Counted from the first letter of the stretch, positions 41,183 through 54,170 are shown. The stretch is DNA of 64,000 bases from Candidatus Bathyarchaeota archaeon (GCA_963806535.1 CAWDYC010000005.1:96001-160000), one strand, 5' to 3'. Numbers and translations: made by a program. Notes: generated by a model not told the origin, from the sequence alone.

Positions 41183-42421
41183 TTAAGGTTGTATAAGGTC
41201 ATTGAATAGTTTGAGGTAGTCTTTCAAGTCCTTTACGATTAAGAAGTTGTTTTTGACATGTTCTTTGCCTTGTGCACCCATCATTTGGGCTTCCTCTTTG
41301 TGATTGAGCAGGTAGATGGTTTTTTCGGCAGCTTCGTTTACTGTGTTGATTAGGTAGCCGTTGGTGCCGTTGATTATTTGCAGCGGTATTCCTCCTACAC
41401 CTCTTGCGACTACAGGAATGCCTTTCCACAATGATTCAGTTACGCTAAGTCCGAACCCCTCTCGCGTTGACATTTGAAGTATAACGGAGGAAGCCCTTTG
41501 AAAAGCGTTCACTTCTATATCGTTGACGCCTTTAAAGTCCGTTAAGAGGTGAACGTCGGTGTCGTCGCCTGAATGACGGGCTGTCTTCTCAAAGTATGTC
41601 CAGCCTTCAGGGTCATCAGTGGCCATGCCTGCGATGAGGAGTAATTGAACCTGAGGAATTTCCTTTTTTACCAATTTGTAAACATCGATGACTCCAACTG
41701 GGTCTTTCCAAGGGTCAAAACGCCCAACTTGGGTAATGATTGGTTTTTCAGGATTTATACCGAACTTTTCCAAAATGGTCAAAATAGTTTCTGCTGGAAT
41801 TTCTTTGTTCTTATCGCTCAACGGGTCAATTGACGGAGGTCTTATGAGGATTTTTGGGACTTTTAAGCTGGGAATGATGTATTTTTCTGAGGTGAATATT
41901 GCTGCATCGTATCGGCTGATGTATTGCTCAAGAAAACTCCAAACAGATGTGTTGGGCGTTGAGAGGTCGATGTGGCAGCGCCAAATCCACTTGTCATTTT
42001 TTGCAGGAAGAAACTGAATCATGGCTGCTGGTTGGTTGTCGTGAACCACCACAAAATCAGTGTTCAAAATTGTGGATTCACTGTTTTGCCTATTATATTC
42101 CAGATACGTCCTTACTTCTTCCGGAGAAAGTTCTAGGTTCATTCCTTGAAGTGCATTATGAATTTTTTTGGTCACATTGAAAAAATCCAGTGACCCTTTG
42201 ATAACTTCCCAGTGAACATCCAGTCCAACATCATTCATTATAGGCACTAAATTACGAAGCATTTCCGCTACTCCGCCCCCGAAAGATGTAGAGTTAACAT
42301 GGGTCACGGATTTTCCCTTAAGTGTCTCCGCTAAAGCCTTAACCGAAGCGACTTCTTCCTCTCCAACAATTCCAATATAATCGTCAAGACTAATTTTCCT
42401 TAGCTGCTCCACATGTAACAT
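41183..42421 (-). CDS. treT: Trehalose synthase TreT-like GT4 glycosyltransferase
   Basis: Motifs HVNSTSFGGGVAEML, FFNVTKKIHNALQG, WRCHID, RFDPWKDP and EGFGLSVTE. Confidence 0.88.
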   Translation of the reverse strand: MLHVEQLRKISLDDYIGIVGEEEVASVKALAETLKGKSVTHVNSTSFGGGVAEMLRNLVPIMNDVGLDVHWEVIKGSLDFFNVTKKIHNALQGMNLELSPEEVRTYLEYNRQNSESTILNTDFVVVHDNQPAAMIQFLPAKNDKWIWRCHIDLSTPNTSVWSFLEQYISRYDAAIFTSEKYIIPSLKVPKILIRPPSIDPLSDKNKEIPAETILTILEKFGINPEKPIITQVGRFDPWKDPVGVIDVYKLVKKEIPQVQLLLIAGMATDDPEGWTYFEKTARHSGDDTDVHLLTDFKGVNDIEVNAFQRASSVILQMSTREGFGLSVTESLWKGIPVVARGVGGIPLQIINGTNGYLINTVNEAAEKTIYLLNHKEEAQMMGAQGKEHVKNNFLIVKDLKDYLKLFNDLIQP

Positions 42422-42608
42422 AAAATAAAACCTCAGAAATTCGATTTGCCGCATTTGCGACAAATTAATATCACTGTCCGCGGATAATAATGTTTGTTTA
42501 GCGTTAAAAGCAAAAAACATTTTTCAGATCGAAATCAACGATGTGTCGAAGATTTTTTTTGCTTCCCACTTACTCTCAATAAATTAGGAGTAGATTTTTG
42601 CAACGAAA

Positions 42609-44438
42609 ACGAAAATTGGCGCAAATTATTCTAAAGACAAAACCGAATTTTCAGTCTGGGCACCACAAAAAGACGTAATCTCTCTTGTTCTTCCAGAAAA
42701 AAACGAAGTCCACAAAATGAACAAGACGGCTAATGGATATTGGAATTTAGAAATTGATGGACTAAAACCTGGGACCCACTATCAATTTCGTCTGAACAAC
42801 AAAAAAGACAGACCCGACCCAGCTTCGCATTTTCAACCCGACGGCGTCTTTGGTGCATCAGCCACCGTAGATCATTCTTCTTTCTCTTGGTCAGACAATG
42901 ACTGGCTCGGAACAAAGCTTGAAGACATGGTTATTTACGAGCTTCATATCGGTACTTTCAGCAGCCAAGGTACATTTGCTGGGGCAAAAGGTAGAGCTCG
43001 TGAGCTTTCGCAGTTGGGAATTAACGCGGTAGAGCTCATGCCAGTTTCACAGTTCTCGGGTGCGAGAAACTGGGGCTACGACGCAGTCTTCCCGTTTGCA
43101 GTACAGAACACTTACGGTGGACCCGAAGGGTTGAAGATGTTGGTTGACGAGTTCCATGCTAATGGAATCGCAGTGGTTCTTGACGTTATCTATAATCATA
43201 TTGGCCCAGAAGGAAATTTTCTTGGTGATTTCGGGCCGTATTTTCTGTTTTGACCGCAGGCTTCCTTGGGGAGCTGCAATCAATTTTGACGGTGCACTAA
43301 GTCCAGAAGTCAGAAACTTTTTTCTTCAAAACGCTGTTAACTGGTTCCAAAATTACCATGTTGATGGCTTAAGACTCGACGCCATATTCACAATAGTCGA
43401 CAACAGTCCCAAACATTTCTTGAAAGAGCTATCTGAAACTATAGAAAACTTGGGAATATGTCAGAGAAAATTGCTGCTTATCGGGGAAAATGACCGCGTT
43501 GATCCAAAAATAGTTAATGTGAAAGCGGACGGGTTTGGTTTGGATGCGGTCTGGCACGACAACCTGCACCATTCAATACATGCAATGTTGACTGGAGAAC
43601 GAAATTGGTATTACTCATCATTTGGGACTCTGAAAAAAATCGTTAGCGCTCTTCACCAAGAATACGTTAATTGTGAAGAAGCAGTTTCAGTGGAAAAGCT
43701 AGAAATTATGTTCCCAAGAAAGAATTGCCCCACAGAAAGCTTGTGGTTTTTTCTCAAAACCATGATCAAATTGGAAACAGGGCGTTGGGTGAACGGTTAA
43801 TTTCGGTTGCAGGGTTTGAAGCTGCAAAACTTGCGGCGGGAATCGTAATCTTGTCGCAGTATACGCCTTTACTTTTTATGGGAGAAGAATACGGCGAAAA
43901 AGCTCCTTTTCTTTTTTTCACTGACTTTTCCAATGAAGCATTAGGCAAAAGAGTAAGAAACGGAAGGAAAAAAGAACTCAAGAAAAATGGCTGGAAAGAC
44001 GAACCGCCCAATCCTCAGGGACCCTCAACATTTGATTGTTCGAAAATAAATTGGCAGGAAAGGTCAAGTAGAAATGGCAGAAGAATTCTGGAGTACTACC
44101 AGAACCTTATTGAAATAAGGAAGACTTTTCTTAACAGAGACCCTAATAAGCGGCTTAGAATTAAGTTTTATAAGGCAAAGGACGAGTCGCTTTTGGTAAT
44201 TCAAAAAAGAAACTCCAACTCCACTTTGGTATCTGTAGCTAATTTTGGCGAAAAAGAGAGCAAATACACATTTCCCTGCAGCGGAGGATTTTACATTAAA
44301 GCGTTAGATTCCGCAGATGTTAAATGGTTAGGCCCCGGTTCTATGGTTCCTGAGACAGCAAAATTAGGCGATAATCAATCAATTCGCCCTTTAAGCATCG
44401 CAGTTTTTTCTAATCAAAAGGTGAAAAACAATGGTTGA
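42609..44438 (+). CDS. treZ: Malto-oligosyltrehalose trehalohydrolase, two frameshifts; expected start reads ACG
   Basis: Motifs FSVWAP, PDPASHFQP, IYELHIGTF, RNWGYD, YNHIGPEGN, DGLRLDA, QNHDQIGNR and PLLFMGEEY across three frames. Confidence 0.88.
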
Positions 44439-46877
44439 AAAATTCATTTGCATCCACGGCCATTTTTATCAGCCGCCCCGAGAAAACCCGTGGCTTGAAG
44501 AAGTTGAATTCGAAAAATCCGCTAGTCCCTACCATGATTGGAATGCTCGGATAACTGCTGAATGCTATGCTCCCAACTCTGTTTCCCGCATCATGGATAC
44601 GCAATGGAGAATAATTGGTCTCGTGAACAATTATTCAAAAATCAGCTTCAACTTTGGCCCAACTCTCCTATACTGGCTAGCGAGGAATGAACCTGCATTA
44701 TACCAAGCGATCATTGACGCAGACAAGAAAAGTACAATGAATTTTTCAGGGCACGGAACCGCAATTGCCCAAGTCTACAACCACATGATTATGCCATTAG
44801 CCAATAAAAAAGACAAAGAAACACAAGTAAAATGGGGCATAAGAGATTTCCAGGTAAGATTCGGAAGATATCCTGAGGGAATGTGGCTGCCTGAAACCGC
44901 GGTTGACATCGATACCCTGGAAACTCTTGCTTTACACGGAATTAAATTCACAATATTGGCCCCTCATCAAGCAATGAGGATTCGAAGAATTGGCGAAAAA
45001 GACTGGACTGATGTGCAAGAAGCCAAGATTGATCCAAGAAGAGCGTATGTCTGCCCGCTTCCTTCAGGAAAAAAAATCAATCTTTTCTTTTTTGACAAGT
45101 ATAAAGCTTCAGATGTAGCGTTTGGGGAAATTCTGTCAAATGGGGAGGTATTCGCCAACAAACTAATTGAGGGTTTCCAGAATGAACCGGCTGATGCAAA
45201 AGCACTCATAACAAACATGGCAAGCGACGGAGAAGTATACGGTCACCATCAGTCATCACGGCGACATGACCTTAGCCTACTGCCTTTACTACATACAATC
45301 GAAAAACCTTGCTAAAATAACAAACTATGCTGAGTTCCTTGAAAAGTTTCCCCCGGAATTTGAAGTTGAAATCAAAGAGAACACTTCGTGGAGCTGTCCT
45401 CACGGCGTCGAAAGATGGAGAAGCGACTGTGGCTGTAACACGGGATCCCGACCTGGCTGGAAACAGACGTGGCGAAAACCTCTGCGTGAAGCAATGAACA
45501 TGCTTCGAGACGAAATAGCCTCGAAATTTGAGTCTGACGCCGCCAAATACTTGAAAGACCCTTGGGAGGCAAGAGAAAGCTACATTGATGTAGTTTTTGA
45601 CAGGTCAAGCGAGAGTGTCCAGCGATTTTTGGACGCTCAAAAGAGTAGAGACTTATCCGAAGATGAAAAAAAGCGGGTCATGAAACTCCTTGAAATGGAG
45701 CGGCAAGCAATGCTCATGTTTACTAGCTGCGGCTGGTTTTTCGATGAAGTTTCGGGCTTAGAAACCGTTCAGGTAATGATGTATGCTGCAAGAGCAATTC
45801 AGCTTGCCAAGCAAGTACTTGGCTTAGATCTAGAAGGATAAATACGTCAAAATGCTTGAGCAGGCACCCAGCAACATTCCCGAGTTCGAAAACGGTACAA
45901 AAACTTATAATTTACTTGTCAAAACAAAAGTCGTTGACCTATCAAAGATAGCCGCACATTGTACAATTCTTCGATTGTTTTCAAACGCGAAAACTAATAG
46001 TCAAACAAACATCCAGCATTACGGTTGCTGCTTTACAATTACGGATAAAGAAATGGAACAATATGATGCTGGGAAATTCCGGCTTGTAATTAGCTTCTCA
46101 AATGTGCAGTCAACCATAACTTTTGACGAAGAAATGTTTGCTTGCGCTGCAATTTGGCTTGGTGACCACAATGTTTCCTGCGGAGTAAAAGCCGGTGCCG
46201 ACGCGGAACTTTACAAGACAATGAAGAACGAGTTATTAGAAAAATTCAGTAAAGGCGAAATAAACGAAGCAATCATGCAACTGCCAAAATATTTTGGAGT
46301 AAACAATTACTCACTTAAAGACGTGTTCAAAGACGGCCAAAAAAGAATATTGGACTTCATAGTTCAAGATGCCGTTAAAAAAGCAACTGACTTAAATGAA
46401 ATTATTTACAGGGACAATTTGGCCTTTCTGCGCTTCATGAATGAAACCAAAATTCCTATTCCAAAACCGTTTAGGACTGCCACTGAAATCGTTTTAAACC
46501 ACAAGATTAAGCAAATGCTTGTAGATGAAGAAGTAAACGTTGAAGAGTTAAGCAAGCTAATCTCTGATTCCAAAGCTTTATCCATCGAATTCGAATCGGA
46601 CATAATATCTTTGGAAGCAAGCGAGAAAATCGATAAAGAATTTACCAAGCTAATAGATGCAACGCCAGATAGCAAGAAACTCGAAAACGTTGACAAATTA
46701 ATAACCGCTCTAAACGAGCTGCCGCTAAAACTTGAGCTTTGGCATGCACAAAACAACGCTTTTGAAATTGCCCGAAAAACCTACAGACCCCTCAAAGAGA
46801 TGAAAGATGAAGACTCTCAAAAATGGGTTTTGGCATACGAGAAACTTTGTAAATCAATTGGAATAAGGCTGGATTAA
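44431..46877 (+). CDS. GH57 glycoside hydrolase with DUF3536 domain, two frameshifts
   Basis: Motifs [43 protein letters not shown] and [11 protein letters not shown]. Confidence 0.88.
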
Positions 46878-46879
46878 CT

Positions 46880-49544
46880 TTGAAACCTTTGGCAACTTAC
46901 CGGGTACAGTTAAACCGAGACTTTGACTTCTGCAAGCTCAAAGCAATACTTCCCTATTTGCATCAACTCGGAATATCCCATGTTTACGCATCGCCTATAG
47001 TTCAAGCCCGACATTGGAAGCACTCACGGTTACGACGCCACAGACCAAAACGTGATTAACAAAGAACTGGGCGGAGAAAACGGCTTCGATGAATTAATCA
47101 AAGAAGCAGCCTCATTGGGCTTAGAATGGTTACAAGACATAGTTCCTAATCACATCTCATATTCGCCAGAAAGCACATTTGTTTCTGACTTAATGACGCA
47201 TGAATCTGCCTCAAAATTCCACGGCTTTTTGGATATTGACTGGAACCACCCGTCTCCAAAACTCAACCGCAAAGTCCTCGCGCCTTTCTTAAACGATGAC
47301 TTTGAGGTTTGTTTGCGGAAGGGACAGATAAAACTTGCATATCACAGCGGTTTCCGAATACTGTATGGAGACACCGAATTTCCAGTTAATGTACGTTCGT
47401 ACAAAAAAATCCTGGAGAAAAGCCCTCATATTATTTCACTTGAATGTGAAGAAAATGAAAAACTGGTTTTAACACTCATGCAACATTACAATTCCGATAA
47501 TGCATTAAGAACGGCGGTCGATGAAGCAGTAAATCGAATCAACAACGATTTACAACTTCTAAAAGAACTTCTGTCGAACCAAATTTATGTACTTTCAAAT
47601 TGGAGAAGCGTTCTAAAAGAAATCAACTACCGGAGATTCTTCGATATAGCTGGTTTAATATGTCTTCGCATGGAAGAAAACAAAGTTTTTGAAGTAACAC
47701 ATGAGTTGATCGGGCAGCTCTTGCGAGAAAACAAAGTAGCAGGGTTAAGAGTTGATCATGTAGATGGGTTATATGATCCTGAGGAGTATTTGCAATGGCT
47801 TCGAAGATTAGCGCCCGACGCATACATTGTTGTTGAAAAAATACTTCTAAACGGAGAAAACTTGCCTGCATCTTGGCCTGTCGACGGAACAACAGGATAC
47901 GACTTCCTCAACGAGCTAAACAATTTATTCATTTCAGCTGAGAATGAAAAAGAAATATCCACGGTTTACTGCGAATTCACGAAAAATAAAAAGTCATTCA
48001 ATGAACTCGCCTACGTACATAAAAAAAGCGTAATCAAAAGGTACTTTGGCGGTGACATCGCAAACCTGGCCAGAATTCTTAACCAAATCTCAAAAACAAG
48101 ACCGTACGGAGAAAAATGTTCTCCCCAAAGAACCTCCGAAGCCATTATAGAGTTGATTTCAAATTTTCCAATTTACAGAACATATTTCAACTGCAAAGAC
48201 GGAAAAACTGCAGACAACAAAACTTTTGAAGCTGCCCTAAAAAGTTCAAAGGAAAAAAACAGAAAAATAAGAAATGAATTAGCCGCCATAGAACACTTGA
48301 TTCAAGAAGGTTCTAAGTCAACCGACGCTATCCATTTCATCACGAGGCTTCAACAATTCACGGGACCCATTATGGCCAAAGGCGTTGAAGACACCGCGCT
48401 TTACGTTTACAACAGACTTCTTTCGCTCAATGAAGTGGGTAGCAACCCCGAAAATTTTGGCTGCGCAATTGAAGATTTCAATAATTTAATAATAGCGCGC
48501 CAAAACAATTGGCCTAGCACCTTGAATGCCACCTCAACCCATGACACAAAAAGGGGCGAAGACTGTAGAGCCAGAATAAATGTTATCAGCGAAGTACCAA
48601 GTGAATTCAGCAATCATTTGAACAAATGGTCTGAGATAAACTCCAGGAAGAAATACCCACCAAAACTTGCTCCAAACAAAAACGAAGAATACTACATTTA
48701 TCAAACCCTCATAGGCTCATTTCCCCTCCAAAAAACCGAGCTGGACGACTACAAGAACCGGTTGAAGCTGCATATGACAAAGGCGTTGAGAGAAGCTAAA
48801 AAAAACTCATCCTGGCTCTCACCCAATCTGCCTTACGAGCAAGCTGTCAGCAAATTCGTGACTGAACTTTTAAATCAAGGCAGCGAAAACATTTTCCTTC
48901 AGGATTTTTTGTCCTTCCAGAAAAGAATTGCTTTTTGCGGATTCCTCAATTCTCTCTCTCAAACCCTAATAAAAATAGCCAGCCCCGGAGTTCCAGATTT
49001 CTATCAGGGCTCAGAACTCTGGGACCTAAATTTAGTGGACCCAGATAACCGCCGTCCTGTTGATTATTCAAAAAGGAAGCGTTTCTTAGATGAGGTTCAA
49101 AATTTGAGCACTTCAAAACTTCATGGACTTTTAGATAACTTTGCTGATGGAAAAGTGAAGATTTACGAAATAAGCAAAGCATTAGAAACTCGAAAGAAGA
49201 ACAGTTGTCTCTTCCAAAGTGGTGCCTACATTCCGTTGACGACAAAAGGCTCCTTTAACAACAACATTATTGCTTTTTGCCGAAGGAAAGAAACAGCCTC
49301 TGTAGTAATCGTTGCTCTCAGGTTCACTGCTAAACTTACGAATATGGAGAGACTGCCGTTAGGAGATGTTTGGGGTGACACTTTTGTTTGTCTTCCTCAG
49401 GGTGCTTCAAAAGTTTGGCGGGAAATTTTCTCTGAAGACACATTGATTTCAAGGAGGATAGATGGCGCTGAGGGATTTTATGTCTGCGATTTGCTGAAGA
49501 CATTTCCTGTGGCGATGCTTATGCAAGGGGAATCCAAAACATGA
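46880..49544 (+). CDS. treY: Malto-oligosyltrehalose synthase, frameshift near 47010
   Basis: TTG start then ATYRVQ...[45 protein letters not shown] and [12 protein letters not shown]. Confidence 0.9.
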
Positions 49545-51049
49545 AACCACTGAAGAGGGCAAGCGGGGTTTTGCTTCATGTAACATCGCTTCCATCTGAT
49601 TTTGGCATAGGTGATTTGGGGCCAAATAGTTACCGCTTCGTAGATTTCCTCTTTAAAACCAATCAACGTTTTTGGAACATCCTTCCACTGACACCAGCTA
49701 GTACCCAATTCAACAATTCTCCATATCAGCCTACTTCAGCGTTTGCAGGAAATACTCTACTCTTGAGCCCAAAACTTCTTAGTGAAGATGGGCTGCTGAC
49801 AAAAGAAGATCTTGAAATGTTAAAGCTGCCGGAGGGTCAGGTTAATTTCAAAACCGTAACAGCCTCCAAAGCGGAAATGAAGAAGAAGGCATACTTGAAT
49901 TTTGTCCAAAACAAGACTAGCCAAAGTCGATTTAATGAAAGCAGTTTTGAAAAGTTCCTTTCGGAAAACTCTACTTGGATTAACGATTACACTCTTTTCT
50001 GCGCACTTGAAGCCGTCACAGAGAAACCCTGGTACCAATGGCCAAATCAACTGCGTGATAGAGATCCAAAAGCTCTCGCCCAAAAAGAAGCTGAACTGAA
50101 AAACAGGATTGAACAAGAAAAGTTTGCGCAATACCTTTTTTCAAAGCAATGGATCGCCTTAAAAGAATACTGCCGGGTAAGAGAAGTAGCTGTGTTTGGC
50201 GATTTGCCATTTTACATGTGCTACGATAGCGCGGATGTTTGGGTGAACCCTGAACTATTTAACTTGGACAATCAAAAACTGCCAAGGTACGTTAGCGGAG
50301 TGCCTCCGGACTACTTCAGTAAGTCAGGGCAACGATGGGGAAACCCAACATACAATTGGGGTGAACATAAAAAAACATCTTTTCAATGGTGGATAACCAG
50401 AATACAGGAGAATTTGAAGCGTTTCGAGATTTTGCGTTTTGATCATTTTAGGGGGTTCACGGCTACCTGGCAAATACCTGCATCTTCCAAAACCGCCAAA
50501 AAAGGCAGGTGGATTAAGTCGCCAACGAAGAGCTTTTTTGAAGTCTTAAAACGGTTTTTTCCAAATATGCCCTTCGTGGCTGAAGACCTCGGATTAATCA
50601 CAAACAGTGTACGGGAAAACCTAGCGCTTCTAGGGATTTCTGGCATGAAAGTCTTAGTTTTTGCCTTCAACGGCGCATCGAATAATCCTAACTTACCAGA
50701 AAATCACACGGAAAACTCTGTGATTTACACAGGAACCCACGATACCAACACGGCGAAAGGCTGGTTTATGGAGGAAGCCTCCTGCGAAGAAAAAGAGCAG
50801 TTCTTCAAATTTGTAGGCAGAAAAGTTCCTCAAAACCAGATTAGTAATGAGTTTATTAAGTTAGCTCTATCATCCAAATCTAAATTGAGCATTATCACAA
50901 TGCAGGATTTGCTCTCTTTAGGCTCAGAAGCACGAATGAACAACCCTGCGAAAAGCGCTAATAATTGGCAATGGAAACTAAAAAGTGAACAGTTAAATGG
51001 CAAGAATTTTGAAAGAATCATAGCGTTAACTGAGGCGTCAGGAAGATAA
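49541..51049 (+). CDS. malQ: 4-alpha-glucanotransferase (GH77)
   Basis: Motifs RASGVLLHVTSLP, GVPPDYFS, RFDHFRG, AEDLG, YTGTHD and RMNNP. Confidence 0.95.
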   Translation: MKPLKRASGVLLHVTSLPSDFGIGDLGPNSYRFVDFLFKTNQRFWNILPLTPASTQFNNSPYQPTSAFAGNTLLLSPKLLSEDGLLTKEDLEMLKLPEGQVNFKTVTASKAEMKKKAYLNFVQNKTSQSRFNESSFEKFLSENSTWINDYTLFCALEAVTEKPWYQWPNQLRDRDPKALAQKEAELKNRIEQEKFAQYLFSKQWIALKEYCRVREVAVFGDLPFYMCYDSADVWVNPELFNLDNQKLPRYVSGVPPDYFSKSGQRWGNPTYNWGEHKKTSFQWWITRIQENLKRFEILRFDHFRGFTATWQIPASSKTAKKGRWIKSPTKSFFEVLKRFFPNMPFVAEDLGLITNSVRENLALLGISGMKVLVFAFNGASNNPNLPENHTENSVIYTGTHDTNTAKGWFMEEASCEEKEQFFKFVGRKVPQNQISNEFIKLALSSKSKLSIITMQDLLSLGSEARMNNPAKSANNWQWKLKSEQLNGKNFERIIALTEASGR

Positions 51050-51374
51050 ATTGTGGGTAAAAGCTCAGCTTAATTCTAGATTTTCTTTTTGCGCCACGTT
51101 GAGTAACATATAGCTGTAATTTGGTCGTTGGAGCGCTTCTCTGTTTCAGCTTTGCTATTGTTTTCTTCATGCATGAATTTTTCACATCTTGAAATGAAAT
51201 CTCGTTCAGACTCATTCGATTTAGGTTTTGGGACAGGCATCAAAAACACCACATTAAGAATTAGTTCTTACTGTCCTTACAAATTAGTTTCTGATTGATT
51301 AGAATTTGTGATTGATACCTCACAGTAACAAGGGATTATATGCTTGGCTATTGGACTAAATATAGTGATAATTC

Positions 51375-51641
51375 TTGTTTGCACTTCAAGTGATTAATCT
51401 AGTGGATCCAGGCTTTTGGTGGCTGCTTATAGTTCTACTTATAATTGCATTAATTGCAATCGTCTTTATCGGCTTTTTATTCGCTTTCCCAATTGCAGCA
51501 CTCGCAGGGATAGCGGTGTTCTTCTTAACAGGCAGCTTGGTATGGGCGGGAATAACTTTCTTAATAGTTGCCTTGATTTCTGCAGCCGTGGGCGATTTGT
51601 TGCACATGACACGGCGTCACCATCACCATCATGAAGATTAG
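51375..51641 (+). CDS. Small hydrophobic protein with a His-rich C-terminus
   Basis: Three TM segments; ends RRHHHHHED. Confidence 0.65.
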   Translation: MFALQVINLVDPGFWWLLIVLLIIALIAIVFIGFLFAFPIAALAGIAVFFLTGSLVWAGITFLIVALISAAVGDLLHMTRRHHHHHED

Positions 51642-51657
51642 TTTTTAGAAGCTTAAT

Positions 51658-52077
51658 ATGGAGAATATCAAGATGTCAAAACTCAAATCAGTAATAGCCT
51701 TACTGGCAATCGTAATTATCATTATCACAGCTTTCTCGGTTTATGCAGGCGTAACCTACCCAAGAACAACTGCAAGCATACCAGTATCTTTTAGGGTAGG
51801 TGCTGATTCGAAGATTATAGCTTTTGACCAGCCAATCTTGGATGATAGAGTACAAATTCAAGTGGTAGTTCAAAATGGCGCAGCATTGTGGCGGGCTCAA
51901 ATTCTTAACGGCGGCCAAGTTATCTGGGAACACTCGGCAGCACAGGGTGAACAACAAAGCTACAATAGCGGCTGGATTCAAATGCCATCTGGAAACTATA
52001 ATTTCACTTTTGGAACAATAGGCATCGGGTCATTAGACGCCACCGCTTCAGTTATGTCTAAAGGCGGTTTTTGGTGA
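51658..52077 (+). CDS. Membrane-anchored hypothetical protein
   Basis: N-terminal TM followed by a beta-rich domain. Confidence 0.65.
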   Translation: MENIKMSKLKSVIALLAIVIIIITAFSVYAGVTYPRTTASIPVSFRVGADSKIIAFDQPILDDRVQIQVVVQNGAALWRAQILNGGQVIWEHSAAQGEQQSYNSGWIQMPSGNYNFTFGTIGIGSLDATASVMSKGGFW

Positions 52078-52152
52078 AAAAATGCGGTTTCCCAAGGGGT
52101 CCCACAGTTTTTCCCAAACCAGGAGATGCGAATCAATTCACCTTTAAAATGT

Positions 52153-52659
52153 TTAGTTCTCGTTGAGTTTTTCATTAACCTTTAAGTCAATTTTGCCGCA
52201 TTTGGGACAAAAATAAACTATTACGGGTAACGCTTCCTTCCCAAGTTTTACTGAATTATTGTCAGCAGATTTTTGATCCATTCTTTCCAATCCATCAATT
52301 CTAAACTCGGTTCGAGTTTGAGACATCTCAACATTACATAAAGAGCAACAAGGAACTATGGCGTTTTTCGTTTGGTCTTCCTTGGTTTTGTTGTCATCGA
52401 TAACTGTGCCTTCGACATCGATTTTTTCAACCTCAATTGGTGAGGAAATATTTTCCGTATTCCCTAAAAATCGGCAGGGCGTTGCACAATCTAGTACAAA
52501 CAAGCAATGATAGCAACAAGACATCTTCTCTTCATTTTTACATCGAACCTGCCTGCTTGCCTTCGCTCTCTCGCTATCAGTAACAGCTAGACATAATTTC
52601 TCACTTGTTAAATATTCACAGCAATTGGCTATGTCTGACAAATTACTTTCTTCCTGCAC
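52153..52659 (-). CDS. Cys-rich protein with a C-terminal zinc ribbon
   Basis: Motifs CCEY...CCYHC...C, CSLC and CPKCG. Confidence 0.6.
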   Translation of the reverse strand: MQEESNLSDIANCCEYLTSEKLCLAVTDSERAKASRQVRCKNEEKMSCCYHCLFVLDCATPCRFLGNTENISSPIEVEKIDVEGTVIDDNKTKEDQTKNAIVPCCSLCNVEMSQTRTEFRIDGLERMDQKSADNNSVKLGKEALPVIVYFCPKCGKIDLKVNEKLNEN

Positions 52660-52854
52660 TATTCAAGACAAGGATTTCTCCTATGTGTGTTTTGGTTCAG
52701 AAACTCCGAAAAATGGTTGAGATTAAAGCACAGTGTAGCTTCTCAGGTCAGCATTCTACTCGGTGAAATAAATAAATGCTCTTCTCACGAAACAATACGG
52801 GAAATGGTGAAAATAGTGGCTTCAATGATCTTTGAACTTGTGAAAATAGAGTTG

Positions 52855-53385
52855 TTAGCGCTCGTTTGCGGTTATGAGGGTGTTGAAACTGAAATTGCTT
52901 ATGTCCAGTATGTCGTGGGACACAGTTAGGTTCAGTTGAATGGGAATCACTTGTCCTGGGCTGAGGATTTGACCTGAGTAGTTCCAGTTTAGAGAAATAT
53001 AGTTCGAGGAGGCGGATGGGGTCCAATTTGTCATTTCCAAAGACAATGAAGCCTTCGAATTCATTTCATTACTAATATAGATCATTAAGGTATTGTTTGA
53101 ACCAGCTTCTATGTTTCCCCAGTTGAGTGAGAGCGTTCTGTTGGTGCAGGCTTGATCCCAGTAAATCCCCACTCCAATGCCGTTCACGGAGCTCGCATGG
53201 GCAACGATTTTGTCCGACTCGAAGACAGTGGCGGCACAAAAAACAAAGAGAGATAATAAGCATATTACTGCTAGCATTATTTTTCTGTGAGCATGATTTC
53301 CTGTCGGAATAGTAAATGTTTGTCTTAAGTTTTTTATTCCTTTGTTGATTTTGTGGGGCAACTTCCTGAGGCTTTTATTAGACAT
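52855..53385 (-). CDS. Membrane-anchored Ig-like hypothetical protein
   Basis: TM segment then GVGIYWDQACT...LNWG...LNWNYSG. Confidence 0.65.
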   Translation of the reverse strand: MSNKSLRKLPHKINKGIKNLRQTFTIPTGNHAHRKIMLAVICLLSLFVFCAATVFESDKIVAHASSVNGIGVGIYWDQACTNRTLSLNWGNIEAGSNNTLMIYISNEMNSKASLSLEMTNWTPSASSNYISLNWNYSGQILSPGQVIPIQLNLTVSHDILDISNFSFNTLITANER

Positions 53386-53696
53386 TCCAAATCCCCCAAT
53401 AGTATTATATCATAATAAACCATATAGTGATGTATAAACAAATGTGATTGTATTGACACTCCAACAGTCTATTCTGCGAAAGTTGTCTCAGAAAACCAAA
53501 AAAGAAAAAATACGAATTAAAACGTTGACCTTGTAGTTGATGTGCTGGCCATTATCTGGAATTTTCCTCTCATTAAGTGATTTTTCCTAACAATCAGTTC
53601 AACCTTTCACAGGGTTCGAAGTATATCTACACTGAGCGATTAAAAAAATCGCACATATTATTAAGTCGTTTTTATTGTAATATTTTATTGGTATTA

Positions 53697-54098
53697 ATGC
53701 AGTCTCTAACAGGCAATAAGAGTAGGCTTACGTTTTGGACTTTGATACTGATTGGAATTTTTCTTTGGCTTAGTGGGGTTCCTTTGGCAGCATATGATTA
53801 TGGCAAAACATATCCGTATCTAATTTTGGGATTTCTTTTGATTGCTCTTGGAATATTCATGGTGGCTGTCTCCGCAATTCAAAGAATTAATCAACGTGTC
53901 GCCCAAATAATTATTGGTTTGTGTGGTCAGATTCTTTTTGGATTAGTAATATTTGAGATTCCGTTACTACCTGCATTTCCCTTTTCACCCTTCAATTTTC
54001 ATACATACTCAATCATTCTAGGTGTTTTAGGGATGGCTCTTTCAATAGAAAGCATATTTACGCTCAGTAAAAATAGAGAAACTCCGCTACAAAAATAA
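53697..54098 (+). CDS. Four-TM membrane protein
   Basis: ATG at 53697 and four hydrophobic segments. Confidence 0.65.
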   Translation: MQSLTGNKSRLTFWTLILIGIFLWLSGVPLAAYDYGKTYPYLILGFLLIALGIFMVAVSAIQRINQRVAQIIIGLCGQILFGLVIFEIPLLPAFPFSPFNFHTYSIILGVLGMALSIESIFTLSKNRETPLQK

Positions 54099-54170
54099 CT
54101 CTAATCGGGGTTTATGCATTTTCTCATAGGAAAAGATGCTGATAATAATGAAAATCTAAGTGTGCAGGCC

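Noticed and set aside
42609-47050. Programmed frameshifting in the tre operon
   Set aside because: No consistent slippery sites, and similar breaks occur throughout the window, which points to assembly errors.
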